Source: the human T2T-CHM13v2.0 reference genome, Homo sapiens
Strand: one strand, 5' to 3'
NCBI RefSeq assembly: GCF_009914755.1
Contig: NC_060932.1
DNA: 64,000 bases
The notes under the pieces are model-generated. The model was not told the DNA's origin. It searched no databases and worked only from the letters and a program-made list of their open reading frames with translations. Position numbers and translations under genes: made by a program. Position 1 is the stretch's first letter; each line of letters begins with the position of its first letter. Of the stretch, positions 1 to 14,180 are shown in pieces.

Positions 1-2450
1 GACAACATCATACTGAATGGGCAAAAGCTGGGAGCATTTCCCTTGAAAATCATCACAAGACAAGGAAACCCTCTGTCATCACTCCTATTCAACATTGTAT
101 TGGAAGTCCTGGCCAGGACAATCAGGAAAGAGAAAGAAATAAAGGGCATCTAAATAGGAAGAAAGAAAGTCAGACTATCCCTGTTTGCAGATGACATGAT
201 TCTATATCTAGAAAACTCCATAACCTTGGCCCTAAATCTCCTTCGGCTGATAAACAACTTCAGCAGGGTTTACAGACACAAAATCAACATACAAAAATTA
301 TTAGCATTCCTGTACACCAACAACAGCCAAGCCAAGGGTCAAATCAGGAACACAATCCATTCACAATTGCCACAAACAGAATAAAATACCTAGGAATACA
401 GCTTACAAAGGAGGTGAAAGATCTCTACAATGAGAATTACAAAACACTGCTCAAAGAATACTACCCAAAGCAATGTACAGATTCAGTGTTATTCCTATCA
501 AATTACCAAAGAGATTCTTCACAGAAATGAAAAACACTAGTTAAAAATTCATATGGAACAAAAAAGAACCCAAATAGCCAAGGCAAAAAGAATAAAGCTA
601 GAAGCAACACATTACCTGACTTCAAACTATACTGCAGGGCTACAATAACCCAAAGAGCATGACACTGCTACAAAAGCAGACACATAGACCAAAAGAACAG
701 AATAGAAAGCCCAGAAAGAAGCCTGCACATCTACAACCATCTGACTGTCAACAAAGCTGACAAAGACAAGCAATGGGGGGAGGACTTCCTATCCAATAAA
801 TAGTGCTGGGATAACAGGCTAGCAATATGTAGAAGATTGAAACTGGACCTCTTCCTTATATCATATACAAAAATCAACTCAAGATGGATTAAATATTTAA
901 ATGTAAAGCCCAAAACTATAAAAACCCTGGATGACAACCTAGGCAATACCTACCTAGACATAGGAACAGGCAAAGATTTCATGATGAAGATGCCAAAACA
1001 AACACAATGAAAGCAAAAATTGACAAATGGGATCTAAATAAACTTAAGAGCTTCTGCACAGCAAAAGAAACTATCAACAGAGTAAACAGACAACCTACAG
1101 AATGGGAGAAAATATTTGCAAACTGCATCTGACAAAAGTCTAATATCCAGAATCTACAAGGAACTTAAACAAATGTACAAGAAAAAAACAAACAACCCAA
1201 TTAAAATGTGGTCAAAGTGTAACCAGTGGAGGGCCTTGACTATGAGTCATCCAGGTTCTTGGCATTTTAAACAAAGAATTGGACAAAATACACAAAGAAA
1301 CAAAAGAATTAAGCAAAAAAAAGTATAGATTTATTGAAACAAAACTATACTCCACAGAATGGGAGCGGGCTTGAGCAAGTGGCTCAGGAGCCCAGATTAC
1401 AGAATTTTCTGGGGTTCAAACACTCTCTAGAGGTTTCCCATTGGTTACTTGGTTACATCCTATGTAAATAAAGGAGTGGCCCGTGACCAGTCTGACTGGC
1501 TCTAGGAGGGGACCAATCATTGGCTGAAGCAGAGTTACAAAGTTACATATGAAGACTTGGCCCACAACCACTCTGATTGGGGTTTTCCTTTTGATTCAGT
1601 TCTAGGAAGTCAGCGAGAACCAGCTTTAGGTTCCCCGCATCCAGACCCTATTCTTTTGCCTCAAAAGAACATGAACAGACGCTTTTCAAAAGAAGAGATA
1701 TATGTAGCCAAAATCTTATGAAAAAAAAGCTCAACGTCACTGATAACTAGATAAATGCAAATCAAAACCACAAAAGTAAAAAAATAACAGATGCTGGCGA
1801 GGTTGTGGAGAAAAGGGAATGCTTATATTCTATTGGTAGGAGTGTAAATCAGTTCAACAATTGTGGAAAGCAGTGTGGTGATTCCTTAAAGAGCTAAAAA
1901 TGGAAACATCATTCAACCCAGCAATCCCATTACTGGGTATATATCCAAAGAAATATAAATTGTTCTATCATAAGGACACACGCACGCATATGCTCATTGC
2001 AGCACTATTCACAATAGCAAAGACATGGAATCAACCTAAATGCCAATCAATGGCAGATTGGATAAAGAAAATGTGGTACATATACATCATGGAATATTAT
2101 GCAGCCATAAAAAGAATGGAGATCATGTCCTTTGCAGGAACATGGATGGAGCTCGAGGCCATTATCCTTAGCAAACTACTGCATGAATAGAAAACCAAAT
2201 ACCACATGTTCTCACTTATAAGTGGTAGCTAAATGATGAGAACACACGAACACAAAGAGAGAAACAACAGACACTAGGTCCTACTTGAGGGTAAATGGCA
2301 GGAGGAGGGAGAGGACACGAAAAAAAAATAACTATTGGGTACTAGCCTTAGTACCTGGTGATGCAATAATCTATACAATGAACTCCTGTAACATGAGTTT
2401 ACCTATATATCAAAGCTGTACATGTACCCCTGAATCTAAAAGTTTAAAAA
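1..2450 (+). mobile_element. L1 (older L1PA-type, ~L1PA13-16) 3' half of ORF2 plus 3' UTR, degenerate; interrupted by an LTR at 1218-1663
   Basis: ORF fragments match L1 ORF2 ([12 protein letters not shown] at ~181-215; PAIPLLGIYPK...IAALFTIAKTWNQPKC at 1900-2190). Typical L1PA 3' UTR ends in an A-rich tail near 2450. Internal deletion near 460. Confidence 0.92.
1218..1663 (-). mobile_element. ERV1 solo LTR, MER51-like
   Basis: TG...CA termini with 4-bp TSD AAAG (1214-1217 / 1664-1667). Reverse complement begins tgaggcaaaagaatagggtctgg, as recalled for MER51. Confidence 0.85.
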
Positions 2451-2974
2451 ATGAAAAAAGTTTTTTAAAAATGCTGAGAAGGATACTTTTTAAGAGAAAA
2501 ATATTTAAAATAGCCAGATAAATAAGAGACACAAAGATGAGAATACCCACTGATTTATGAAAATTAATGTAAACCAGAATACAACTAAATGTTATATAAG
2601 TGCAAACAAAAACAAAACAAACAAAAATTGTGAACCTAAAAAAATAAACTTCAAACATGAAGGTTAAAAATTTTCAAACAAAAACTGAGGTTATTCCTCA
2701 TAAGCAGAATTCTACTACAAAATAATATTTAAAGGGAATTATTTACACTGAAGGAAAATAATCCCAAGTAGAAATTCAGATTGACATAAAAGAATAAAAT
2801 TTGCCAGAAATGGTAATTATATGTATAAATATGAAAGACATATTATTTATGTTTCAAAGGTAATTTAAAATAACAAAAATAACTATATTGTGAAATTAAT
2901 AGTACATGAAGAGGTAAAATATATGACAAAAATGGAACAAAGGACAGGAAGGAGTAATATGGCGATATACCATT

Positions 2975-4310
2975 TTTTTGGTAATAACTTTATTGAGGTG
3001 TAATTCACACAGCATACAACTCACCCATTTAAAGAATACAATTCAATGGTTTTTAATATATTCAGAGTTGTGCAACTCTCACCACAATCAATTTTAAATA
3101 TTGTCTTCAATTCAATAAGAAATCCTATACCTTTTAGCTGTCACCCTTCTACTCTTCCCATCTCCATACCCAGGCCTAAGCAACCACGAACCTATTTTCT
3201 ATCTGTATAGAATTTCCTATTGCAGACTTTCATATGAGTGGAATCATATGGTATGTGGTCTTTTGTGCCTGGCTTTTTTCACTTAGCATAATGTTTTCAA
3301 GATTCATTTATGATGTAGCATGTTGTATTAGTCAGGGTTCTCTAGAGGGACAGAACTAATAGGATAAATGTAGATATAAAAGGGAGTTTATTAAGGAGTA
3401 ATGACTCACATGATCACAAGGTGAGGTCCCACTACAGGTCATCTGCAAGCTGAGGAGCAAGGAAGCCAGTCTGAGTCCCAAAGCTGAAGAACTTGGAGTC
3501 CAGCACAGTAGAAAGATGTAGCCTGGGAGACTAAGCCAGTCGAGTCTTTCCACATTCTTCTGCCTGCTTTTATTCTGGCCACGCTGGCAGCTGACTAGAA
3601 GGTGCCCACCCAGATTGAGGGTGGGTTTGCCTCCCTCAGTCCACTGACTCAAATGTTAATCTTCTTTGGCAACACCCCCACAGACACACCCAGGAACAAT
3701 ACTTTGCTTCCTTCATTCCAATCAAGTTGACACTCAGTATTAACCATCACACATGTATAAGTACTTAATTTATTTTTATTGCCAAATAATATTCCATTAC
3801 TTGGATCTACATTTTATTTGTCCATTCATCAGTTGATGGAAATTTGACTTGATTACACTTTCTGGCTATTATGAATAATGCTGCTATGAACATTTGTGTA
3901 CAAGATTTTGTGCAAACATGTTTGCCACTGTCATGCCTACATAAGAGTGTAATTAATAAGTCATATGGTAATTCTATGTTTAGCCTTTTGAGAAACTATC
4001 AGACTGCTTTTCAAAGAAGTTGCACCACTTTTACTTTCCTGCTGGGAATGTATGAAGATTCCAATGACTGTATTCCCTCATAAAAATCTTGTTGTCTGTC
4101 TTTCTGATTGCAGCCATCCTAGTGGGTTTGAATTGGTATGTCACTGTGGTTTTAATCTGCATTTTCTAATGGCTTATGATGTTGACTATCTTTTAATGTG
4201 CTTATTGGCCATTTGTATATTGTCTTTGAGAAAAAGTGTATTCAGATCATTTGCTCATCTGTATATTGGGTAACTTGTCTTTTGATTACTGAGTTGTAGG
4301 GGTTTGTTTG
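2975..4310 (-). mobile_element. L1MB-type 3' end, interrupted by an MLT2A LTR
   Basis: Starts 'aactttattgaggtgtaattcac...', typical of an antisense L1M 3' UTR. Continues after the LTR with 'ctattatgaataatgctgctatgaacatt'. Confidence 0.8.
3324..3751 (-). mobile_element. MLT2A (HERV-L) solo LTR, internally deleted
   Basis: tgtattagtcagggttctctagagggacag...ttaaccatcaca, with 5-bp TSD CATGT (3319-3323 / 3752-3756). Confidence 0.92.
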
Positions 4311-4364
4311 GAAGTATACTTTTTTCATGTCCTTGCATTGTACAAAAAAAATGGTATAAGATTA

Positions 4365-6165
4365 CAGGAATACCTCAGAGATTGAAGGTTTGGTTCCAGA
4401 CTACCACAATAAAGCAAATATTGCAATAAAGCAAGTCATACAATTTTTTTTGTTTCCCAAGGCATGTAAAAGTTATTTTTACACTATACAGTAGTCTATT
4501 AAGTGTGCAATAGCATTATGTCTAAAAATAGCAAACATACCTTAATTTTAAAAATACTTTATTGATTAAAACATGCTAATAATCATTTGAGCTTTCTGGC
4601 AGTTGTAATCTTTCTGCTAGTGGAATGAATTGTAATCTTTTTGCTTTGATGTTGGTGGCTGCTAACTAATCTCAATGGTAGTCACTGAAGGTTGGGGTGA
4701 CTATGACAATTTCTTAAAATTCTTAAGTTTCTTAAAATAAGACAACAATTACGTTTGCCACACCAATTGATTCTTCTTTTCCTGAAAGATTTCTCTGTAG
4801 CATGTGATTCTGTTTGATAGTATTTTACCCATAGTAGAACTTCTTTCAAAATTGGAGTCAATCATTTCAAACTGACACAGCTTTATCAACTAAGTCTGTG
4901 TAATATTCTAAGTTACTTGTCATTTCAACAATGTTCAAAGCATCTTCACCAGGAGTAAATGCCATCTCAAGGAAACACTTTCTTTGTTCATCCATAGGAA
5001 GTAACTCCTCATCCAAGTTTTGTCGTGAGATTGCAGCAATTCAGTCATGTGTGATGGAATTAAGCTGCGCTTCTAGTTCTTTTGCTATTTCTACTACATT
5101 TGCAGTTACTTCCTCCATTACAGTCTTGAACTCCTCAAAGTCATCCAAGAAGGTTGGAATCAACTTCTTCCAAACAACTGTTAATGAGGATACTTTGCCC
5201 TCCTCCCATGAATCATGAATGTTCTAAAAGGCATCTAGAATGGTGAATCTTTTCCAGAAGCTTTTCCATTTGCTTTGCCCAAATCCATCAGAGGAATCAC
5301 TATCTATGCAGCTATAGCCTTACAAAGTGTATTTCTTCAATAATAAGACATAGAAGTCAAAATCACTCCTTGGGCTACAGAATGGATGTTCTGTTAGCAG
5401 GCATAAAAGCAACGTTCATCTCTTTGCACAGAGGTCTTGGGTGACCAGGTGCATTGTCAACGAGCAGTAATATTTTGAAAGGAACATTTTTCTTTCTGTA
5501 GGTCTCAACAGTGAACTTAAAGCGTTCACTAAACCATGCTGTAAACAGGTATTCTCTCATCTAGGTTTTGTCTTTCCATTTCTAGAACACAGGCAGAGTA
5601 GATTAGCATAATTCTTAGGAGCCCTAGGATTTTTGGAATGGTAAATGATCATTGGCTTCAACTTAAAGTCACCAGCTGCATTAGCCCTTAACAAGAGTGT
5701 CAGCCTGTCCTTTGAAGCTTTGAAGGCATTAACTTTTCCTCTCTAGCTGTGAACATCATTCCTCTTCCAATAGAAGGCTGTTTCATCTACACTGAAAATC
5801 TGTTGTTTAGTGAGGAAACCTTCATCATTTATCTTAGTGAGATCATCTGGATAACTCACTACGGCTTCTACATCAGCACTTGTAGATTCACCTTGCACTT
5901 TTATGTAATGGAGTTGACTTCTTATCTTAAATATCATGAACCAACCTCTGGTAGCTTCCAATTTTTCTTCTGAAGCTTCCTTGCCTCTCTCAGCCTTGGT
6001 AGAGTTGAAGAAAGTTAGGGCCTTTCTTTGGATTAGGCTTTGCCTTAAGGACATGTTGTGGCTGGTTTGGTCTTCTATCCAGACCACTGTAACCTTCTCT
6101 ATAGGAGCAATAAGCCTGTTTCATTGTCTTATTATTTGTATTTTCACTGAAGTCACACTTTTAAT
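4365..6165 (-). mobile_element. Tigger1 DNA transposon fossil, 5'-truncated
   Basis: TA followed by TIR-like caggaatacctc. ORFs 5743-6087 (VWIEDQ...RGWF...IKVQGE) and 5375-5560 (FKILLLVDNAPGHP) resemble the pogo/Tigger CENP-B HTH and DDE transposase regions. Confidence 0.92.
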
Positions 6166-8297
6166 ATTTTTATCTTATTAAATTTATTATACTTATTTAT
6201 TAGCTAAAAATGTAAGTTGCAAACTTCAAGGAAAACAAAAAAGTAAAAAGAAATATAATTGACATACTAAGAAAGGTGATAGAATAAAATTATACAAAAT
6301 GCTCAATTACAACCAGAGGAGGCAGAAAAAGAAAAAAGGAAAATCAAAGAACAAATATATAGAAAATAGTTATAAACATAGTAGACATTAATACAACTGT
6401 ACCAATATTCACTTTAAATGTGAATAATCTAAACGCACCAATTAAAAGACAGAGATTATTAGAGTGGATTAAGAAAACCATAATCATCTTTAAACTGTCC
6501 ATAAGAAACCCATTTTAAATATAAAGACTAAGGTGAGTCAAAAATAAATGTGTGGATAAAGATATACAATACTGTAGTAGTTGATATTATGTGTCAACTT
6601 GGAGGATAATTTTTAAAAAGATTGACAAACTTTGAGTAAGCAGAGTACCTTCAACAAGGTGGGTGGGCCTCAACCAATCAGTTGAAGGCCTGAATAGACG
6701 AAAAAATTGACCTCCTCAAGCAAGAGGGAATTCTTCAAAAGAATACCTTCACACCTCATACCATCAGCATTCCTGGGCCTCCAGTGTGCCAGCCTTCATA
6801 CTGGAACTGTACCATTGGCTCTCCTGGGTCCCCAGCCTGCTGGCCTACACTGCAGATTATCTACTTGCTAACCTCCATAACCATACGAGGCGATTTCTTC
6901 CAATAAATACACTCATATACTCTCCCTATTGGTTCTGTTTCTCTGGAGAATCCTGACTAATATAAATTTTGGTACTAAGTATGCTTCTAGAGAAACAGAA
7001 CTTTAAGGATAAATTTACTGAATTTTGAAGGGATTTCTGAAATCTGTTCCTTAACTTTATTAAATTTAAAAACAGTAATGACTATTTCTAGTAGTAAAGA
7101 AAGCACTGATAGTCCGTGGCATGCTCTGGCAATAGAGATATACTACTAAATATCATCAATAGATACTCCTAATCAAACACTTTTAAGAAGCAAGAGGACC
7201 CAAGTGACTATGTATATAATACTTTCAAACATTTTTGTCAAACTAATAAGTATAGTAAGATTGACTGGTTACTCCTAATGTTGCTGGACAAAGTAGGGAA
7301 AGAAAAGGATGAGATCGGTGGTTCAAATTCCCAGCTCAAGTGACATATAAATGACCTGATAGCTTCCATGTCTGACCTGAAGGAGGCCCTTATCTGCTGT
7401 AGCCTTAGGGCTGAGATTGATGAAAGTCAATCCCAGAGTCTTATTCTATGAGTGACTGATTTACAAAGCAAATTGAATTCCCAGCCTTGTAGGGTGTCAA
7501 CTGTTAAAGCACAATCTGGATATGGATAAGTGTCTTTGCCTTCCTCTGTACACAGTTGCACTGCCAAAACAACCATCCATGGACTTACAGATTCCTTAAC
7601 CACCATCATGGTATTTTACTCAGCATTGTTTTTGAACAAGGAATTCACTTTAGAGCAAACAAAGTATAGCAATTGGCCCACGTTCATGGAATTCCCTGGT
7701 CTTACCATGTTTCCCACTCTCCTGAAGGAGCTGGCTTGATAGAATGACAGAATGTCTTTTTAAAGATTCAGTAACAGCACCAGCAGGGCTATGGCAAGAT
7801 TCTCCAGAAGTCTGTATATGCTCTAAATCAATGTTCAATATATGATGCTGTTACTCCCATAGCCACAATTCATAGGTCTAGGTACCAAGAGATGGAAATG
7901 GAAGTAACATCATTCACCATTACCCCCAGTGACCCACTAGCAAAATTTTTGCTTTCTATCCCCATGACATTATACTCTGTAAGCCTAGAGGTCTGAATCT
8001 TAAAGGGAAGAATGCTTCTGCGAAGAAACAACAATAATTCCATTGAACTGAAAGATAAGATTGCCACCTGGCTATTTGGGATTCATCATGACTCTGAGTC
8101 AACAAAGAATAGAGTTATTGTGGTGGGTGGAGTGATGGATTCTGACTACGAAGGGGAAACTGGACTGTTACTCTGTAAGAGAAGTAAGGAAAAGTTTATC
8201 TGAAACACAGGAGATCCCCTGCAGTGTCTCTTAGTATCACTGTGCCCTGTGTCTAAAAACAATGAAAAACTTCAACAACTCAATTCAAGTAGGACTG

Positions 8298-8374
8298 CTA
8301 TGGTTCATACCCTTCAGGAATAAAGGTTTTAGTCAGTCCTTCGGGTAAAGAACCATGATCAACAGAGATACCTG
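8298..8374 (-). CDS. Exon 8 (last coding exon) of putative 325-aa spliced ORF; antisense ERVL-internal sequence
   Basis: Acceptor cgcttgccttcAG. Reads (S)GISVDHGSLPEGLTKTFIPEGYEP-TAG; phase matches exon 7. Confidence 0.5.
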
Positions 8375-8753
8375 CTGAAGGCAAGCGAATACAGAATTGC
8401 TAGTAGAAGAAGGTAATTATGAATACCAGCTATGACCATGTGACCAATTTCAGAAATGATAACTGTAATTGTCATGAGTATTTTCTCCTAATTTTGTTAT
8501 GAATATGTTTGTGTATGTGTGTGTATCAAATATCTGTTTTCCTTACTCTCTTAGCCCCTTTTCATGTTATATGAAATGCATTTATAGCACCAGATTTAAA
8601 TTACATGAGATCAAGGAAAATAGTATACATCATCTAAGGACGTTCCATCCTCTTCTGAAAAAAGGGGTAGTATGTTTTTGGTTGTACCATGTTAGGTGGA
8701 AATATGACCTTAGTATTGTTTTCATTCAGGTATTAAGTATAGTTTATGGGTGC

Positions 8754-9482
8754 TATTATGGACTGAATGTGTGTTCTCCTCCAAAATGTACATGTTGAAG
8801 CCCTAACTCCCAATGTAATGGCATTTGGAGGTGCAGCCTTTGTGAGTTGTGTCTTGGATGTTGAATCCCTTCATAGTGCATTTGGATTGCTATAACAAGA
8901 TACCATAAATTGGGTAGCTTATAAACAACAGAAATTTATTTCCCACAGTACTGGAGGCTGGGAAGTCCAAGATCAAGGTGCAGGTAGATTTGGTGACTGG
9001 TAAGGGTCCTCTTCCTGGTGTATCAATGGACAGCCATCTTCTCACTGTGTCCTTACATGAGGGAAAGGATGAGAGATCTCTCCAGGATCTCTTTTATAGG
9101 GGCACTAATCTGATTCATGAGGGCTTCACCCTCACAGCCTAATCACCTCGCCAAAGACCCATCTCTTAGTATCATTACCTTGGGGGCTGGAAATTCATTA
9201 TATAAATTTAGGAGGGATATAAATATTCAGTCCAGTGCCACCCCTCAGAATGGAATTAGTTTCCTTATCTGAAGAAGAGGAAATACCAGAGCTCTTTCTT
9301 TCTCTCTCTTTCATATGAAGACATTGTGAAAATGTGGCAATCTGCAAGCCAGGAAGAATACCTTCACCAAAAACTGAATCTACCAGCACCTTGTTCTTGC
9401 ACTTCCCAGTCTTTAGAATTGTAAGAAACAAATGTCTGTTGTTTAAGCCACCCAATCTATGGTATTCTGAGCTGACTAGACA
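8754..9482 (+). mobile_element. MaLR LTR (MLT1A-like) inserted in the ERVL internal region, itself interrupted by an opposite-orientation MaLR LTR (~8850-9238)
   Basis: 5-bp TSD GGTGC (8749-8753 / 9483-9487). MLT1 motifs 'ggactgaatgtgtg..ccaaaat..catgttgaagccctaac'. Inner antisense LTR has 'aaacaacagaaatttatttcccacagt..ggaggctgggaagtccaagatcaagg'. Confidence 0.8.
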
Positions 9483-11966
9483 GGTGCTAAGTTGATAAGA
9501 GGTGATCTTATGATGATTGATAAATTTTGTATGTCAGTTTGGAGGGTGTTTTTGGATAAGATTAACACTTAAATCAGTGAACTTTGAATAAGCAGAATAC
9601 TCTCCTTAATGTACATGGGCCTCATCTAATCAGTTGAAAGTCTAAATGGAATAAAAAGACCAGCCTCCTCAGTCAATAGAAACCTTCCCACCAGACTTCC
9701 TTTGGACTAGAACTGCACCATTGGCTCTCCCTGGATCTTAAGACTACCAGTTCACACTGCAGATTTTGTACTAACCAGCCTTCATAATGAGCAAGAGAAC
9801 TCATTCTAATACATCTGTTTCCTTGTATATGTATGTGCCATTGGTTCTGTTTCTCTGAAAAATTCTGAATAATGCTAAAACATATTAAGACTAATCAAAA
9901 GAAAGTTGGAGTAGCTATATTAATTTCAGACAAAGCAGACTGCATAACAAGGAAAGTTATTGGGAATAAAGGGGAATGTTTTATAATGTTACAGAAGTCA
10001 ATTTTCCAAAAAGATTTAACAATCCTACATGTTATACTATCTAGCATTTAGATATACCTGTACCTAACAGCAGAGTCAAAATACATGAGAGAAAAAGAAA
10101 TAATATAATTGAAAGGAGAAATGGGGAAAATCCACTATTATAGTTGGAGACTTCAACATTCCCATTTCAGTAATTGATAGATCAAACAGACAGAAAATCA
10201 GTAAGAATATAGTTGGCCTAAACAGTACTATCAATCAACTTGATCTAATTGGCATTTATGGAATGTTCCATCCAACAAGAGCAGAATATACATTCTTCTC
10301 AAGTTTACATGGAACATTCGCAACCCCACTCCCTGCTACAAAAAAAAAAAAAAAAAAAAAAAAAAAAACACATTCTGGGCCATAAAACACACCTTAACAA
10401 ATTTATAGGAAGATAATACTATAAAAGTTGGCTCCCACACCAAGTGGAATTGAAGTAAAAATCAATAACAAAAAGATAATTGGAAAATCCCCAAATATTT
10501 GGAAATTAAACAACATACTTTTAAATAACATGTGTGCCAAAGAAAAAAAAACTTTGAAATTTTAAAATATTATCAGTTAAATTAAAATAAATGTGCAATT
10601 TATCAAAATTTATGGGATGCAGCAAAAGCAGTGGATAGGAGGAAATTATTAGCATTAAGTGCAGATATTAGTAAAGAAGAAATATCTAAAATTAATCGTC
10701 TAAGCTTCTACCTTAGAAAACTAGAGAAAGAAAAGCAATTTAAGCCTGAAGTAAAAGGAAGAAAAGAAATAATAAAATTAGAGCAGATTAATAAAATTGA
10801 AAACAGAAAAACGAGAGAGAAAAAAATCCTCCCCAAAATCCAAAGCTGATTCATTCAAAAAAATTAATAAAAGTGATGAACTTATAGCCAGGCTAATCAA
10901 GAACAAAGGAGAGATGACATTTATTATCAATGTGAGAAATGAAAGAGGGATAATCACTACTGAGCCCAAAGACATGAGAAAAACAATAAAGGAATACTAT
11001 TAACATTTCTATGCCTACAAATTTGATAACTTAGATAAATGGGACAAATTTCTTGAAAGACATAAACTACCAAAACTCACACGAGCATAAATAGATAGTC
11101 AGCAAAGGTCTATATCTATTGAAGAAATTGAATCATAATTAATAAACGTACAAAAAAGAAAGACTCATGTCCTGACAATTACACTAGTGAATTTTACCAA
11201 ATATTTAAGTAAGAGATGATAGTTTTCTACAGCCCAGAAAATAGAAGCATATGAAAAAAATTCCTGACTCAGACCAATATTCTCCATGAACATAAATGCA
11301 AAATGCACAGCAAAACACTAGTAAATTGAGTCCAAAAAGGAATCAAAATAACTACACACCACAACAAAGTGGAATTTATTCCAGCTATGCAAGGCTAGTT
11401 CTACATTTGAAAATTAATCAATATAATCCACCACATCAAAAGGCTAAGGAAGAAAAACCATATAATTATATTAATGGATGCAGATAAAAGGGATTTGGCA
11501 AAACCCCGTATCTATTCATGACAAAAACTCAGAAACTAGAGATGGAGGATAGCTGCCTTACCTTGTTAATAAACATCTACGAAAAACCACAATTAGCATA
11601 CTTACTGGTGTGTTAGATCAGAAAAAAGGCAAGAAAGTTACCTCTCACCACACTTCTTTTCACCATCATACTGGCGTCCCATCTAATGCAATAAGACAAG
11701 AAAAGAAAAAGTATACAGATTGGAAAGAAAAATAAAGAAAACTGTCTGTTTATAGATGGAATGATAGTCTATGTGGATAATCCCAAAGAATTAGCAAAAA
11801 TAACCATCTGGGAACTAGTAAGTGAGTACAGCAAGGTGTAGGATACAAGGTTAAAACACAAAAGTCAATTGCTTGCCTGTATAGCAGCATTAACCTATTG
11901 GAATTTGAAATTTAAAGGCAATACCATTTGCAATAACACCAAAAAAAAAAAAAAAAAAATACTTAG

Positions 11967-12280
11967 GGCCGGGCGCAGTAGCTCACGCCTGTAATCCCAG
12001 CACTTTGGGAGGCCGAGGCAGGCAGATCACGAGGTCAGTAGATAGAGACCATCCTGGCTAACACGGTGAAACCCCGTCTCTACTAAAAATACAAAAAAAA
12101 AAAAAAAAAAAAAAAAAAATTAGCCGGGCGTGGTGGTGGGTGCCTATAATCTCAGCTACTCCGGAGGCTGAAGCAGGAGAATGGCGTGAACTGGAGAGGC
12201 AGAGCTTGACGTGAGCCGAGATCATGCCACTGCACTCCAGCCTGGGCAACAAAGCTAGACTCCATCCCAAAAAAAACACA
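11967..12280 (+). mobile_element. AluY with expanded central A-linker
   Basis: Y-diagnostic 'gagaccatcctggctaacacggtgaaacccc' and 'atggcgtgaac'. Flanked by an aaa(t)acttag TSD-like repeat. Confidence 0.92.
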
Positions 12281-13876
12281 AAACTTAGGTATAAATCTCA
12301 CAAGATATGTGCAAGGATACATATGGGATCTATATGCAGAAAACTACAAACTCTGATGAATAAAATATAAGATCTGTATAAATGAAATAATATTTTATGT
12401 TTATGAATTAGAAAGCTCAAAATGGTTAACATTTCAATTATCTCCAACTTGATCTATAAATCAGTGCAATCCCAATCAAAATTCCAGCTATTTTTTAGAT
12501 ATTGACAAACTGTATCTAAAGTTATATGGAAGAGCAAAACACCTAGAATTTTCAATACAATACTGAAGGACAAAATTGGTGGACATGATCTGCATGACTT
12601 CAAGACATACTATAAAACTACAGTAACCAAGACAATGTGATATTAGTGTGTTAATCGACAAATAGATCAACGGTACAAAAAAGAATGTACAGAAGTAGAA
12701 ATGCACAAATATAGTAAACTGATCTTAGACAAAAATTCAATAGAAAAAAAAGATAGTCTGTTCAACAAATGATATTGGAACAATTGGGCATCCATAATTA
12801 AAAAAAAAACTCTGGACACAGACCCTATTCTTTCACAAATATTGATTCAAAATGAATTATAGATTTCAATGTAAAATGAAAAACTATAAAACTTTAGAGA
12901 AAAACATGAGAAAAATCCGTGGATTCAGTGATAAATTTTTAGATACAACACTAAAAACACAATCCATAAAAGAAAAATTGTTAGGGTGGGCTTTATTAAA
13001 ATTAAAAATTTATCTGTGAAAGTCACAATTAACACAACACACAAGCCACGGACTAGGGGGAAGATATTTGCGAAACACAGTAAGATAAAGTCTTTGTATC
13101 CAAAATATGTAAAAAACACTTAAAACTCAGAAATATTAAAAAAAATTAAAAATGGATAAAAGACCTGAGCAAACCACTCACCAAAGATGATAAACATATG
13201 GAAATTAAACACATGAAAAGTCGCTCAGCATCACTTGTCATCAGGGAATTCCAAATGGAAACAGCAATGTGATACCACTGTACACCTATTAGATTGGCTA
13301 AAATTCAGAAACTGAGGACAACAAATACAGATTTCTTACAATTTCTTACAAAACTAAACATACTTTTATCATAAAATCTAGCAATCATGTGTCTAGATAT
13401 TTACCTAACTGATGTGAAAATGTGTCCAAACAAAAATCTGCACATGAAGATTTGTAGCCATTTTATGCACAATCGCCACAAAAACTGTGATGCATCACTC
13501 CTAATCATGAAAAAACACCAGACAAACTCAAATTGAGAGAAAGTCTGCAAAACATCTGATCGGTAATCCTCAAAACTGTCAAGGCCATAAAAACCAAGAA
13601 AAGTCTGAGAAACTGTTACTGCCAAGAAGGGCCTAAGGATACATGGCTAACAAATGCAATGTGGTACTCTGGGTGAGAAACTGGAACAGAAATTAGACAT
13701 CAGGCAAAAACTAGGGAAATCTGAATAAAATATGGACTTGGTTCATTAATTGTAACAAATGCACCATACTAATGTACTATGTTAATAATAGGTAAAACAG
13801 GATGACAGATATATAGGAAATTCATGCATTATCTAACTTTCGGTAAATCTAAAGCTGTTCAAAAATGTAGCAGTTT

Positions 13877-14180
13877 GAGCCAGGCACAACGGTTCATGCC
13901 TATAATCTCGGCACTTTGGGAGGCCGAGCTGGGAGGATTGCTTAAGTCCAAGAGTCCAAGATCAGCCTGGGCAACATGCAAAACATGGTCTCTACAAAAA
14001 AACACAAGAATTTAGCTGGGCATGGTGGCATGAATCTGTAGTCCCAGCTACTCTGGAGGCTGAGGTAGGAAGATGATTGAACCCAGGAGATTGAGGATAC
14101 AGTGAGCCATGATTGTGCCACTGCACTCCAGCCTGGGTGACAGAGTGAGACCCTGTCTCAAAAATAAAAATAAAATAAAA
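13877..14180 (+). mobile_element. AluJ
   Basis: Dimeric Alu with J features (ggaggattgctt, gagccatgattgtgccactg) and an (AAAAT)n tail. Confidence 0.9.

Larger units (their letters stand above)
6573..9872 (+). mobile_element. Deleted ERVL provirus: MLT2-type 5' LTR (~6573-6963), internal remnant, 3' LTR (~9510-9872)
   Basis: Two similar LTRs share 'ggcctca..aatcagttgaa' and end in 'ttggttctgtttctctg'. The first is followed by 'ttttggtac' and ERVL gag/pol/dUTPase-like remnants (e.g. GGVMDSDYEGETGLLL). Confidence 0.82.
6170..13870 (+). mobile_element. Old L1 (L1MC/MD-type): ORF2 through 3' UTR, interrupted by an ERVL provirus and an AluY
   Basis: Endonuclease start 'actttaaatgtgaataatctaaac..ccaattaaaagacagaga' at ~6410 resumes at ~9890. 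L1-like ORF fragments at 10631-11003. L1M-type 3' UTR at 13490-13870. Confidence 0.85.

Noticed and set aside
196-2190. L1 ORF2 fragments as an active element
   Set aside because: Multiple stops, deletions and an LTR insertion.
5375-6087. Transposase-like ORFs as a domesticated TIGD gene
   Set aside because: Fragmented by stops and frameshifts and missing the N-terminus; an ordinary Tigger1 fossil.
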